From Trichomonas gallinae (taxonomy: Eukaryota), in NCBI GenBank assembly GCA_008369845.1, contig MRSU01001564.1, forward strand, positions 1 to 48,316: 48,316 nt of DNA. The letters run 5' to 3'. Below, one piece after another: positions 20,933-34,296 of the stretch. The notes beneath the pieces are model-generated. The model saw nothing but the letters and a program-made list of their open reading frames with translations. It was not told where the DNA came from and ran no database searches. Each line of letters starts with the position of its first letter. The first letter of the stretch is position 1. A program made the position numbers and the translations under genes.

Positions 20933-21716
20933 AGATTCAATCTGACAAAATAAAATCTTATTGAGATCTTGTTGTTTTTACCATGTTCTATGATAAGACG
21001 AACAGAGTGGAGATTTTATACTCTGAGTGATCGATCAAAAAAGAATTTAACATTCATGCTTGAAAAATTATAGAGTTTCTCTTTTTCCATTATTATTTTT
21101 CACATATATTACTCTCAGTCACGGTTTCGTATTTTTTTGCAAAAAGATTTTTAATGATAAAATTGATCTTGTAAATTTTTAAAAATTCCAATAATATCTC
21201 AAGACCCACTTGAAATATATGGGAAGATTTTATTATTTTTTTTTTAAAAACTTTGGTTGATACAATTATTATTTAGACTCTTAATTTACATGTAAGTGAT
21301 CAGCCCATATAAACAAATTGTGAAATCAAAGCAAATACCTAAAAAACGCATGTCAATACACTTTAGATAAATTCTAAAAAGAAATATTCGAAGTGTATTA
21401 AATATATTCGTGTATTTGAAAACAATATTCTAGATGGTAATATATAACTAATATACAAGCCATAACTCGCTGGAAAATAATTTCAAAATTAAATTATCGA
21501 GATATTCCAAATATTTTCATATTTTTGAATAGTCATGCTTTTTATAATAGCAAAAAGCTAATAAATAATTGATATTACGCTGAAAAATAAAAAAATTAAA
21601 ACGAACATTCTATGATTTCATGATAAAACAGCAGGAAATCGTGCATAGACCCATATTATACATTCAAAATCGATTTATAATTTGTCATTTTGCCGTTTAT
21701 AAATTAGTAAAATAAA

Positions 21717-24044
21717 ATGATTCCTATACGTATCAGACTAGACAATGATACGGGGGAAGACAATTTTAGGCGCAGCAGATTCGATGACGACGATTTTGAC
21801 GATGATGAAAATGAAGACAGCGAAGATGATATTAATCAAAGCCGTTTTACGGGAGATTTCAACGAATCTAATGGTTTTTACTCTGATGATTCGGAAGATA
21901 TTGACTATTTAAAGCAAAGTTCGCAAAAAAACAGACAAGAAATTGAAAAATTAAAAGAAGACCTTAGAAAGAAAGAAGAAGATTGCAAAAGAATCACATC
22001 ATCATTTGGATTAGACTTTGATGATCCAGATAAATCTTTTGGATTACCAATTAAAGGCAAAACAAGCGAAATACAAGAAAATCCACAACCATATGATAAA
22101 AAACCTTCGGATTCTGATAAAGTCAGGCAGCTACAATCTAAACTCACTGCAGCACAAAAAGAAATCGAATTAAAGGATAAAATTATTGCTGATCTCAAAA
22201 AAACGATTGAAATGCAAAAGACAGGCATAAACGCAAGTAAAAGAGGAACTCCAACACGTACATGTTCGAAATGTTCAGTCTTACTTAAAAATCTCGAAGC
22301 TGCGAAAAATCAATTATATGATTCGCAAGATATTATCATGAAACAGAAAAATGAATTAGAAGAATGCCATGAAGAAATAGAAAAACTAAGACAACAGCTC
22401 ACAAAAAGCAACTCAGATAATGAAATTTATCAAAACCAATTATCTGAGGCAGCAGCCAAATTAAACAGTCTTCAAATGCATCCAAATGACTTAGAAGTTG
22501 ATTTACACGTAATTAGAGGACTATCTTTCGATAAAGCACTCGAAAAAGAAATCATTGAAATTATGCAGCATGAACACTTGATGCAAACGAGCAAAGTCCA
22601 GGTTATTTTCTCAAGGATTGCCAAATATGTTGAAGAAGACCACATTAAACTCGAAAACAAGATAAAAGAAATGCAAAACGAAAATGAAAGCATGAAATAT
22701 TCGTTTAACAACTTCCTTGCGGCAATATCCTTGATTGTTGACGACCAACCATTATCACTTGACACTCTAAATACATCACACGCTGATGTAATCATCGAAT
22801 CTCTGAAAGCGCTAAAAACTCAAAACGCGAATCTAGTTGCAGAAGTTGCTAAATACGTCCCAGTTATGGACATTTTAGTGCTTATGGGCTATGATGAGTC
22901 GATTAGTCCACAAAAGTTCGTATCAAATCTTCAACAATCTATTGAGAAGCTTTGTGATACAGTTAAGAGGCTGAAAAAGAAGCTATTAAACAAGACCAAT
23001 GTAGTCAGCTTCCTTGCGAACGAAATACAGAACATAGAGAAGGAGAAAGACACTCAACTCGAAAAATCAAGATTACAAATTGTCGACCACAAACATCAGC
23101 TCGAATCTGTTTTGAACGAGCTCGGCCAGTCGCGAAAGGAGCTCACAGAGATGTCACTCGAGATGCAGAAGAGCCAGATTGAGCTGGAGGACACAAAGAA
23201 GTCTTTAATAGAAGAGCAAGAGAAAAGATCACGCGAAGAGAGAATTTCTAGAATCGAAGAATACCACACACAGAGAACATACGAACAGCCTCCTCCTACT
23301 CCTTCTACATTCATCGATCCAAGCATATACGACTCTCTCGCCAAGGCGCAGATAGAGCTGGAGAAGGTCAGGCAGGAGAACATCTACCTGAATAAGACAG
23401 TCAGCGACTACGAAAATGTTAAGCAGCAGTTGCAGCAGAAAACTGACGAGTTACAAAAGCTCAAAGAAGAATTCTCCAGCTACAAGATTTCGACTGAAGC
23501 ACAGCAGAAACTTGCTAAGCAAAACATCTGCGCTGCATATGACAAAGCGATGGGTGAGTTGATGAGGAATTTGGAATCCTACAGAAATGATGTAGTCAAG
23601 TTGTCAGCAGCTGAGTCGCAGTCCAGGACAGAGCTCGAGGAGATGATGTACGAGAACGACCAGCTGATGGAGAGGGCCGAGAAGGCTGAAGCAGAAGTCG
23701 AGTCGACAAGAATCGAGCTGAACCAGATGAAGAAGATGATTCAGACGATCGAGAAAACAAACAACGCGCGCGAAAGGATTATAAGAGAAAAAGCGATAGA
23801 CGATATAAAGCAGAAGGACAACAACGACATTATTGTATTGTGCGCGTACATAATGCAATACTTCCCGTCGTTCACTGATCCACTTTTGCCGCACGATGTC
23901 AGTTTCGCTAAGTCTGCAATTTCGAGGGCGGCAGGTGAACTGCAGAAACTCAGAGACACGAACAGAGCAGTGAGAAGAATCCTTCACGCGAAAGAAGGAC
24001 AAACAACAGAAGATGCTGCTGCTCAATTAGCAATGAGGATGTAA
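21717..24044 (+). CDS. Long coiled-coil protein with acidic N-terminus
   Basis: 775-aa ORF, E/K/Q/L heptad-rich, CxxC (CSKC) motif. Confidence 0.8.
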   Translation: MIPIRIRLDNDTGEDNFRRSRFDDDDFDDDENEDSEDDINQSRFTGDFNESNGFYSDDSEDIDYLKQSSQKNRQEIEKLKEDLRKKEEDCKRITSSFGLDFDDPDKSFGLPIKGKTSEIQENPQPYDKKPSDSDKVRQLQSKLTAAQKEIELKDKIIADLKKTIEMQKTGINASKRGTPTRTCSKCSVLLKNLEAAKNQLYDSQDIIMKQKNELEECHEEIEKLRQQLTKSNSDNEIYQNQLSEAAAKLNSLQMHPNDLEVDLHVIRGLSFDKALEKEIIEIMQHEHLMQTSKVQVIFSRIAKYVEEDHIKLENKIKEMQNENESMKYSFNNFLAAISLIVDDQPLSLDTLNTSHADVIIESLKALKTQNANLVAEVAKYVPVMDILVLMGYDESISPQKFVSNLQQSIEKLCDTVKRLKKKLLNKTNVVSFLANEIQNIEKEKDTQLEKSRLQIVDHKHQLESVLNELGQSRKELTEMSLEMQKSQIELEDTKKSLIEEQEKRSREERISRIEEYHTQRTYEQPPPTPSTFIDPSIYDSLAKAQIELEKVRQENIYLNKTVSDYENVKQQLQQKTDELQKLKEEFSSYKISTEAQQKLAKQNICAAYDKAMGELMRNLESYRNDVVKLSAAESQSRTELEEMMYENDQLMERAEKAEAEVESTRIELNQMKKMIQTIEKTNNARERIIREKAIDDIKQKDNNDIIVLCAYIMQYFPSFTDPLLPHDVSFAKSAISRAAGELQKLRDTNRAVRRILHAKEGQTTEDAAAQLAMRM

Positions 24045-24500
24045 TATTTCACTGACATATTGTATTGTATATTTTAAACTTTTGTTAACTACCAACATAA
24101 TGGTATTAAACTCTTTCATATTTCAAAATAATAAACAATGTTTACAGAGTTATGAGAATATGATAGCAGTTATCATAGATATCATATATACTTGCCTATC
24201 ATGTTCCAATATCAAACTGAGAAAATATTTTTGACATTTGACTAATAAACACAAAAATTTATATTAATTTGTCAGATTTGGAAAATTTGGATAACATATC
24301 TTTTGTATATTATTAAACTGTTATAATCATTTAATCGTCACAAATAGCCAATAATTAGCACTGGAAAATGTAAATAAATAGATTATTTGTAAAATAAAGA
24401 TATATACCAACAAAAAATGGACAGATTTTTAATAAATAAGTTATGCAGCTATAAGTATGAACAATACTAACGATGAAAATGATGGGATTTGTAGTATTTC

Positions 24501-24779
24501 TTATGGTTCACCGATTGGAACGTTATATCCAATAATTTCCATAGAAGGCCACCAAGCAGAGTATGCCAATGTCCAAATTCCGAGAATAAACATTGAAATC
24601 CAGAACAACCAGAAGCATTTCTTAGCGAGGGGCTCCAACTTTGAACTTTCAGCCTTTCTCGATGAGCAGTAGATCCAGCACATAAGCCACGAGAGTGGGC
24701 ATAACGCAAATCCAACCTTGTACATAATCAGTGCGTTTTTCTCGAAAACATCAATCGGGTCCTTCTTTCCTGGATCCAT
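24501..24779 (-). CDS. PSENEN: Gamma-secretase subunit PEN-2
   Basis: Y..GFA..P..W, second hydrophobic segment, C-terminal VPIGEP (human IPLGTP); 92 aa. Confidence 0.85.
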   Translation of the reverse strand: MDPGKKDPIDVFEKNALIMYKVGFALCPLSWLMCWIYCSSRKAESSKLEPLAKKCFWLFWISMFILGIWTLAYSAWWPSMEIIGYNVPIGEP

Positions 24780-24822
24780 GTATAAATATTTATGTCAAAA
24801 AAATTGATTTGTTATTTAATTT

Positions 24823-24873
24823 TTTACATGTCAAAAATTACATTTACATGACAAATGCATATTTTCCATGTCA
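24823..24873. promoter_or_regulatory. Cluster of three TTT(A/C)CATG(A/T)CA motifs at exact 20-bp spacing upstream of PEN-2
   Basis: 24823 TTTACATGTCA, 24843 TTTACATGACA, 24863 TTTCCATGTCA. Confidence 0.6.
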
Positions 24874-25004
24874 GAAAATCAATCATTGCAAGAATTTACA
24901 CTTATTTCTCATTGGAATTATGAGACTTCACTAAAAGTTCATCTTTTTAATATATTAGCCAAATTTTTTTTCCATTATTCACGGTCAATTCAAAAAGCAT
25001 CGTC

Positions 25005-25168
25005 AACTCTACAGTTTTGATGCAGGTGCTATATCATGGTCAACATGAAGTTATCTAACTCCTTCTCATAGATTTTGGAAAAGCCAAACAGCTTTGATTT
25101 ATGCTTTAGTAAACGATCATCATGAAGTTGATGAACTTCTTCTCACAGTGACTGGAATAGATGTCAAT
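25005..25168 (+). pseudogene. Ankyrin-repeat gene relic
   Basis: NSTVLMQVLYHGQHEVI*LLL, then a frameshift to SQTALIYALVNDHHEVDELLLTVTGIDVN. Confidence 0.75.
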
Positions 25169-25337
25169 GGTCTATTAAACAACCGACCATTGATTATAAA
25201 CAATAATATACAGGGACTATCATATGATAAGAAGATCAACAAAAGATTTCTAAACGTGATTTTGTATAATATAAGGCGATAGTTTGTAGTATGAAATATC
25301 TAACTCAATATAAAATAAAAACATCTATTACTCTACT

Positions 25338-26309
25338 TTATTGCTCTTCATTAAATTTTCCATTTTCATAATCATCCAAGAATGTTCTAAGCTCCTCTAT
25401 TGAATGGGTTGTCTTGAGTCTATCACCGACAGCCTTATTAGAGCGAACTATATCATCAAAGAAATAAAAGATATGGCGTCTTGCAATGAAAAAGTTGGGA
25501 TCTGGATATTTATCCCATAAATCAAGATATTCACGGGAAATAGCTATTGGATTATGTTCTGGATCATCGGAGAAAGCTTTAGGATTCATTAATAATCCCT
25601 GACCAACCATAATTCCAGCAGCTCCGGACTCTTTGAACAATTCTTGAGCTTCTTGCATGGTTTTAACGCCACCGTTAGCCATGACAGGAATAGAAACGGA
25701 TTCAACAATCTTTTTGATTGCCTCTGCATCAACTGGACCTGCCTTGTTGCTATTCTTAGCACGACCATGTACAGATATCAATGAAACACCAGCAGCTTCG
25801 AGTTCTTTTGCGAAGTTTGCTGTAAGATCAACATCAGGTTTTCCATCTTCACCGTCAATAAGGCGTATTTTAACTGAAAGTGGAACATTTATAGCTGAAA
25901 CAATGTTTTTGACCATTTCAATAACGTTTTTTCTTTTGTTTTCATTATTGACCATGAAATATCCGTATTGGCCTCGTCTTGCTATATGCTGTGTGCATCC
26001 AAAGTTGATATCTATTGCAACTCCAAACTGTTGGAGATCTTTTGCGCATGCAATAAGTTCTTCTTCACCGTTTCCGGACATTTGAATGATAAGAGGCCTA
26101 TCTATTTCGCATGTTTGGAAGTAGCTGTTCCTGCTTGTTGGCATGGTCGCCCACATATGAGAGTTAACCATTCCTGTCCAACATAATTTAATATTGTACT
26201 TCCTGACAAGCATTCTAAATGCTAAATCATTGACTTCGAACTGAGGAGCGAGAACAACTGGGATCTCTCCTAAAGTTCCAATAGTTTCTCGCAATGAATT
26301 CGAAGACAT
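25338..26309 (-). CDS. tRNA-dihydrouridine synthase (DUS1-like)
   Basis: LAP, DRPLIIQ, DINFGC (catalytic Cys), YG.F, SVKIR, VHGR, ANGGV; ATG at 26309 (the upstream extension is AT-rich promoter sequence). Confidence 0.92.
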   Translation of the reverse strand: MSSNSLRETIGTLGEIPVVLAPQFEVNDLAFRMLVRKYNIKLCWTGMVNSHMWATMPTSRNSYFQTCEIDRPLIIQMSGNGEEELIACAKDLQQFGVAIDINFGCTQHIARRGQYGYFMVNNENKRKNVIEMVKNIVSAINVPLSVKIRLIDGEDGKPDVDLTANFAKELEAAGVSLISVHGRAKNSNKAGPVDAEAIKKIVESVSIPVMANGGVKTMQEAQELFKESGAAGIMVGQGLLMNPKAFSDDPEHNPIAISREYLDLWDKYPDPNFFIARRHIFYFFDDIVRSNKAVGDRLKTTHSIEELRTFLDDYENGKFNEEQ

Positions 26310-26362
26310 TTTAGGAAAAATTTTAGTTTGAATTTTCCTCTCAAAAATAGTCAAGCAAAATT

Positions 26363-26502
26363 TAAACATGACACTTAAACATAATTTCTGCCATGTAAAA
26401 TAAATTTTCCATATTTTTGCCTGACATGTAAACAATATTTTTGTCATGTAAAATATTTATTATTTTTATTTGACGCGTAAACATTTCATTTTGTCATGTA
26501 AA
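26363..26502. promoter_or_regulatory. Cluster of 5-6 TG(A/T/C)C(A/G)(T/C)GTAAA motifs upstream of DUS
   Basis: 26389 TGCCATGTAAA, 26422 TGACATGTAAA, 26442 TGTCATGTAAA, 26471 TGACGCGTAAA, 26492 TGTCATGTAAA. Confidence 0.6.
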
Positions 26503-26847
26503 ATAAATTTTCCTACTTTTTAATTTGATCAAAATGTTTTGTCACCCAAAGAAAGGTTTTTATAATGTCTGAAGGATATGACACATGAAAATAGTAAGAA
26601 TCAGACATTGAAAAAATGAGGAATTGCACTTTTCTATAAAATTCAAAGCGATTATTTTCAATTCAAATCTCGATTGCAGTTGAAAGTGAAAATATTCACA
26701 AACCTTATAATAGTAGTTTTCACACATTTCTTGAACCTAAAAAGTTGACCAAATTAAAAACCGTTGCAAACAAATATTAAATGTAGCAAAACTGTTTGCC
26801 ACACTTGTCACTTTTGTTAAAAAAACATCATTATTTGTTTGCGAAGT

Positions 26848-27648
26848 ATGAAATATGCTGTTACTACCGAAGTTGATATCAACAGACGTATTAACAGCAA
26901 GCTATCGATTATATCAAAGAAAGGAAGGTTTTACTTGCGATATTCAATTCCATCAGATTTAATAACATATCGTGAATACAAAGATCAAAGTTCAGTAATA
27001 TCATCACTTAACAAGCTTTTACCGCACGTATTTCCCAGAATATATGAAGAACTTCATTCTGAAACGTATTACATCGAATATAAATATTTTTTTTCAAATT
27101 CATTATCAAATGCAATTGAATCAGGTTATGCTGATGGATTATTGAGTGTTGAACAACTTAAAATTGCAGCTGGTATTGCTTTAGCAATTAAATTAGCATT
27201 CCAGAATGATATTAATATGCCAATCTTAAAACGTTCAGACATATTTCTCGATGAAAACAATGAACCACACATAATTTTCGATGCTATTGAATGCATAAAG
27301 TCAAATAATTCAATTCACGATGTAACTCGTTCTTTTTCAGATATCTTGTCAGAGTTATTCTCACATACAAGCAAAAAGGAAAAATTATCTGATTTAATCA
27401 ATTGCACGAAATCACAAGGTTCAAATATTGATGAAATATTAAATTCAATCCTCAAATGTGCTGATAAGCATAACAATGATGAATATAATGAGTTCAATCG
27501 GTACTATGACTTAATTAACTCAAATTTAAAGCCTCGATCAAAAAATAATATGGACTCCTTAATAACAGCTTGCAAACGAGGCAACAACACAGCCATAGAG
27601 TTTTTTAATTACTTAGTTGACAATGACTATATTTACGAAGATGATTGA
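26848..27648 (+). CDS. Degenerate TKL-type kinase-fold protein (pseudokinase)
   Basis: QLKIAAGIALAI..MPILKRSDIFLDENNEPHIIFD aligns to kinase subdomains VIa-VII without HRD, the catalytic-loop Asn or DFG; TCATT and GTCACTTTT upstream. Confidence 0.6.
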   Translation: MKYAVTTEVDINRRINSKLSIISKKGRFYLRYSIPSDLITYREYKDQSSVISSLNKLLPHVFPRIYEELHSETYYIEYKYFFSNSLSNAIESGYADGLLSVEQLKIAAGIALAIKLAFQNDINMPILKRSDIFLDENNEPHIIFDAIECIKSNNSIHDVTRSFSDILSELFSHTSKKEKLSDLINCTKSQGSNIDEILNSILKCADKHNNDEYNEFNRYYDLINSNLKPRSKNNMDSLITACKRGNNTAIEFFNYLVDNDYIYEDD

Positions 27649-28137
27649 TTTTTAATTTTGTAAATTAACCAGAAAAGACTACATAGCACTGTATTAGCTG
27701 TCAAATAGGGAGATTTTACAATATTTTAAAAATTTAATTAATCGTGTCTTAATTAGTAGTTAGAAAAACGAAACAAATTGAGAAATAATTTGAAAAAAAA
27801 AAAAAAAATCTTTATCCAATGTCTCACACATTGATATTGAACGCTAGATATGTTGTCAAATATTTTGGTGCATGAGGAATTGAATTAGAACAAATACATT
27901 TCGCAAATTAATCTCATTCTGGGAAAAATCTCTATGTCAACTCTCATACTTAATCGGTCATTTAAAAATTTATTTACGGGTGCGAAAACAAAAACTATTC
28001 TTTTGTTCTAAGCAGAAGTATTAATTACTTGATGAAACATGAAAGAGTAACAATTCTTGATGTAAAACCTTTATTTCTAATTGTAATCAATGATTAAATC
28101 GTATTTGGAGGAACTAATTTTTGCTTATTGTGATTTT

Positions 28138-29883
<1,746 letters not shown>

Positions 29884-30561
29884 TCAGAAAGATTTTTGAT
29901 CGAAATTGCTTGAGATTCAAGCATATAATAGCATTTTACACATAGTTAGCTGCGAAATCATGATTTTTCTTTTGCCGATCAATTTGACATGTAAATCCAT
30001 TTGTCATGAATCCGATGAAAAGTGACAGTTTAAATTTTTATGTCAGAAATTTAATTATTATAGATATAAGCTTTTCATGCGTTTTAACATATTTTTCTTT
30101 CCGAAAAACGATTTATCTAAATCGGATTTTTTTTGCCATGTAAATTCAATATTTACCAAAAACCACTTATGAATAACCATTCATTAATACCACAGCAACA
30201 ATATTTACATGATTACAAATAATTTCTCGTGCTTGATTCATACAATATAAGACGATATCAAATTCTTTGGATTAATATTGAAAAGACTTCACTGACAATA
30301 CATTGATGAGGAAGTATCAACGTATTTGATACAGTGTCTGTCATCCAAAATCATCTCTTCTTAAAGTTTTTTCTAAGATTGATCAGAAGGATTCACCGGC
30401 AACGCGTACCTAAGAGCAATCCAATATGCTTGACACATCTACTACATTCTAGAGCCTTCTCATTCGTATGTTTTTTCTGAAGCTACAAAAATTTAGTGTG
30501 TTGTTGAGATAACGCCAACGTATGTGATATAGTCATCGACAATACAAAACAGAGTATTTAT

Positions 30562-31311
30562 TTAAAGTCTTGAAACGGTTGTCTGAAGAAGTTCATCATC
30601 ATCGATTTCCTTCTTGTGAGCAAGAAGATATTCCTTCATATGTATCTTAGCAAGCTCAGTCTTATCCATCGGAACTTCCTCATCGAGAATAGCACCAACT
30701 GTCCAAGCCAATCTTGAGAATAAAACTGGGAATTTCTCAGTAATTTCGATAAGCTTCTGGAAACCATTGCAAGCGTAGAATTGCTCTCTAAGAGGGACAA
30801 AACTACGAATGGCTGAAGAAATCATTCCAACTTTCCTTTTAGCAGGCTTTTCATCGTCTTCGCCATCAAGCGTATCAAGGATCTTCTGCATGCCAATCTT
30901 CTTGAGGAACTTATCTTGAACCTTCGGGTTATTTTGGAGGGCATTTGAAATAATCCAAGCGGCAGCCATACGGGTTTCTGTGTTAGAATCACGGAGGTAA
31001 GGAAGAACAATTTCAAAGCCGTTGAGATCAGCAAACCAATCTGCTTGGTCAATGCCTTCGACAATGAATAAAACTTTATCGAGAGCATAATGTAAATCTT
31101 CGAGCTTTTCTGGTCTCTCCTCGAGCTTCTTAACGTTCTCCTTCAGTATTTTGATCTCATCTGGGAAAGCAGTCTCCCATAATTCTTTAAACTCTTCGTG
31201 TGTCATCATTTTAGCCGTATCTACGTTCTTAATCTCTTCCGGATTGCTATTGGCAATCGACCAGCGGAGGAGACCTTCTGGTGTATGCTTCTCGAACTCA
31301 CGATCGCTCAT
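30562..31311 (-). CDS. Hsp70 nucleotide exchange factor Fes1/HspBP1
   Basis: LLRWSIANS N-terminus, VEGIDQA..F..LNG, AAWIISNALQNNPKVQ, ISSAIR armadillo motifs. Confidence 0.85.
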   Translation of the reverse strand: MSDREFEKHTPEGLLRWSIANSNPEEIKNVDTAKMMTHEEFKELWETAFPDEIKILKENVKKLEERPEKLEDLHYALDKVLFIVEGIDQADWFADLNGFEIVLPYLRDSNTETRMAAAWIISNALQNNPKVQDKFLKKIGMQKILDTLDGEDDEKPAKRKVGMISSAIRSFVPLREQFYACNGFQKLIEITEKFPVLFSRLAWTVGAILDEEVPMDKTELAKIHMKEYLLAHKKEIDDDELLQTTVSRL

Positions 31312-31738
31312 TTTTAAAAATGAATTTTTTTTTTCTAAATTTTGCCTTCAAAGCGGAGGTGGTCGGCCACTTATAAATTTTAATCTGTCAAAATTTACTT
31401 TACATAACAAAAATATTTTTACATGTCAAAAATCACAAAATTTTTTATTCTGGTTCAAAATATGTTTTAACGCAAAAATTATTGACTATTTTTGTAGTTG
31501 AAGGGAGAAAGCATGACTGCTTTCATCCATGCAGGCAGCAATTGAAGATTTTGAATTTAATGCTTCATTTTCACTTTTCATTTGTATGTATATAGATCAT
31601 GTGATTCTTATATGTTATATCTCATGCGCTATTGAATAATCTAATTATTTTGTTAATTTTAACAAATATATTTGATTTGATAGATGTGAAATTTGGTTAA
31701 AAATTCTTATTACTGACAGTAATATATATATCAAATAT

Positions 31739-33691
31739 TTAACTAACAGATAAAGATTGGAATAATTTTTCGAATTCTTTCCCAATATTTTCGGCTTCAA
31801 TGATTCCTTCATTGTGCGCCTTCTCTACATATTGTTTAGCGAACTCGTAGGCTGTTTTTGAATTAGAAGCTAAATCAGATTTAATTTCATAATCCGCGCC
31901 TTTCATTATCAAATACTTAGCGACATTGTAGTATCCTTCTCTACATGCATAATGGAGTGGCGTGAGGCCTCCATCTGATATGCATGACTTCAAATTGATG
32001 TTATATCCTTTCTCGACTAAAAACTTGACTATAGTCAACTCTCCACTCATGCACGCGAAGTGCAGAGGTGTTGTCTCTCTGTTCAGCACTGACTTGGGGT
32101 TCAGCGTGCACCCATTCGCGATCAGGAGACTGATTGTTTCGAGTTTGCCGCCTTTGCAAGCGAAGTGGAAAGGCGTGAGACCCGAATCTGTCTGTTTATT
32201 GATATCTGCGCCATTCCAGATGAAGAACGACACTGTATCTCTGTCGCTGTACTCGCAGACATAGTGGAATGCCGTCATTCCGTTCCAATCAGATTCATTA
32301 ATATCGACGCCAAGCTTAACTATCTGCTTTGCAATGCCAAACATCTTCATCCTGCAGATGACAGTGAGAATGGACTCGTTTTGCTGTGTTTTGATTGATA
32401 AATCTGGCTTTTGTTCGAATAATAATTTTACAATTCTTTCACGCTTTGACTCTATTGCTTCATGGAGCGGATAAATCTGTTTCCTATCGCAAGTGTTAAC
32501 ATTTGCACCCTTATCGAGGAGCAAACGAACAAGTGACTCATAGCCATTTGCACATGCAATGTTCAAAGCCTGTTCCTCTTCCTTTGGAGTGTTTGGATCG
32601 ACGCCTTCCTCAATCAATAGCTTAGCAGCAGCCACTGATCCGCAGCAGCAGGCAGAAGAAAGCAAATGCGCACCTCTTTCTATAATTATAGTTTTGTCAC
32701 AACCATATTTCAGCATTGCGCGGAAAGAACCCATGTTATTATGTTTTTGCAGGCATTCAAGGGCTTCACACTGGTTTTGGATGTCTTTTGGACCAATATC
32801 GTTTTGAATCATAAATAATAAAGCATTAATATTGAACCAATGGAAAAAGTGCTTTCTTGACACGTTGCACGGATTTCCCTGCTCTAAAAGCCAGTCAGCA
32901 GCTTCGTTGTGGTGATAATGAACTGCCCATCTGAATGCGGAATTATTTGTTTTTTTAGTAGATTGCTTTTCTCTGTCGCATATTTTGATGATTTCTAGAT
33001 TTCCTCCCTTGATCGCCGCACTATATGTGTCTAGCATAATTTGAAATTTGTTTGATAAGAAAAATTTGAATGATTTAACCGATCCGTAAAAAGCGGCCAA
33101 ATTTAGCGGCGATATCATTCTTTCTGGATGTCTGTAATCGTGTTTACATATTTTAACTAATTTTGTGTTATCATCGATAAAACTTTGACTTTTTTCTCGA
33201 ACTGCTTCTATATTATCGTATTTAATCGCGTATTCTAAACAATTTTCGTCTTTATATCCATATAATGCCTGTTCAAATGTTTCATTTTCAAGTTCTTGCT
33301 CGACAATTAATTTAGTTTCTCTTGTTCTATTTTTTTCGCTTTCAGAAAACGCACCTCTGTGGACCAAACAGTTTGCAAAGTAGAAATCGAAATTCTGTAG
33401 AGTTTCTAATGATAAATAATAACCATGTTCAACAGTGAAAGACATATAGAGAAGGGTAAGCGGGTCAATTTTTAACGGTCTGACTTTATATGCTGATATG
33501 ATTAAATATGGTATGAAACTAATTTCATCTCCTTCGAAATTATCCGAGATATATTTTACTATATCTTTCTCTGTCTCTTTTGTTATGTCGAAAATCATGT
33601 TCTCCAACTCTACGTATTTCTTCAGAGAATCTGGAACTTTAATATCCCTAATATATTTCACTTTTCTGCTTTCTAAAGGGATATCTTCCAT
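31739..33691 (-). CDS. Ankyrin repeat protein (trichomonad expanded type)
   Basis: LAAFYGSVKSFKFFL and AIKGGNLEIIK region followed by multiple TPLHxAC..G repeats. Confidence 0.92.
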   Translation of the reverse strand: MEDIPLESRKVKYIRDIKVPDSLKKYVELENMIFDITKETEKDIVKYISDNFEGDEISFIPYLIISAYKVRPLKIDPLTLLYMSFTVEHGYYLSLETLQNFDFYFANCLVHRGAFSESEKNRTRETKLIVEQELENETFEQALYGYKDENCLEYAIKYDNIEAVREKSQSFIDDNTKLVKICKHDYRHPERMISPLNLAAFYGSVKSFKFFLSNKFQIMLDTYSAAIKGGNLEIIKICDREKQSTKKTNNSAFRWAVHYHHNEAADWLLEQGNPCNVSRKHFFHWFNINALLFMIQNDIGPKDIQNQCEALECLQKHNNMGSFRAMLKYGCDKTIIIERGAHLLSSACCCGSVAAAKLLIEEGVDPNTPKEEEQALNIACANGYESLVRLLLDKGANVNTCDRKQIYPLHEAIESKRERIVKLLFEQKPDLSIKTQQNESILTVICRMKMFGIAKQIVKLGVDINESDWNGMTAFHYVCEYSDRDTVSFFIWNGADINKQTDSGLTPFHFACKGGKLETISLLIANGCTLNPKSVLNRETTPLHFACMSGELTIVKFLVEKGYNINLKSCISDGGLTPLHYACREGYYNVAKYLIMKGADYEIKSDLASNSKTAYEFAKQYVEKAHNEGIIEAENIGKEFEKLFQSLSVS

Positions 33692-34296
33692 TTTTTGTTT
33701 TTTTTTATTTTTGTAAACGTGATCAAAATTGTCCGATTTTTATTTTATATGTTCTATATATAATGTAGATCCTATATATCCAAAAAAACAATTATGATTG
33801 TATGATGAAAACCGATTTTTTAAATCAAAAGTCGTTCAAAGTTTATATTATTAATTTGTATTAAATACATAATCAGTTTCACAAGTTAATTTTGATTCAA
33901 AAATTAATTTTCTGATTTCAGTTGTTTATATTTTAGATAATAATATAATGAATGTTTTGAATATAAAATAAACGATTTTACCATTTAATATTTTTGATTT
34001 TGGAAAGAAAAAAGTTTTAAAATATCAAAAATCTAATCTAAATATAACATATAACTCATATTTAAATCGAAATCAACACAAATTTTTTTGATTAATTTTT
34101 ATTTCATAATATGATATAAAATGCAATATGAAATAATATTCAATCACCAAAAATGAATTTTAATGAAGTTTTAAAAGTAATTTTTTAAATTTCCGAATTT
34201 TATTAAAAATCAGGAATATATAATAAGGAAATGCTATATTTGAAGCGAATTGAGAATTTAGAAATCTTACAAAGACGTTAAATGTCACTTTTTACA

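Noticed and set aside
26310..26447. N-terminal extensions in the ORF track (DUS here; also cpn60, GT61, WD40, phosphorylase)
   Set aside because: They translate promoter motifs or AT-rich DNA, some from non-ATG starts; downstream ATGs fit homolog starts and promoter motifs better
30290..30540. Moderately GC-rich stretch between Fes1 and cpn60
   Set aside because: No recognisable protein or RNA motif in the frames I read; cannot support a call
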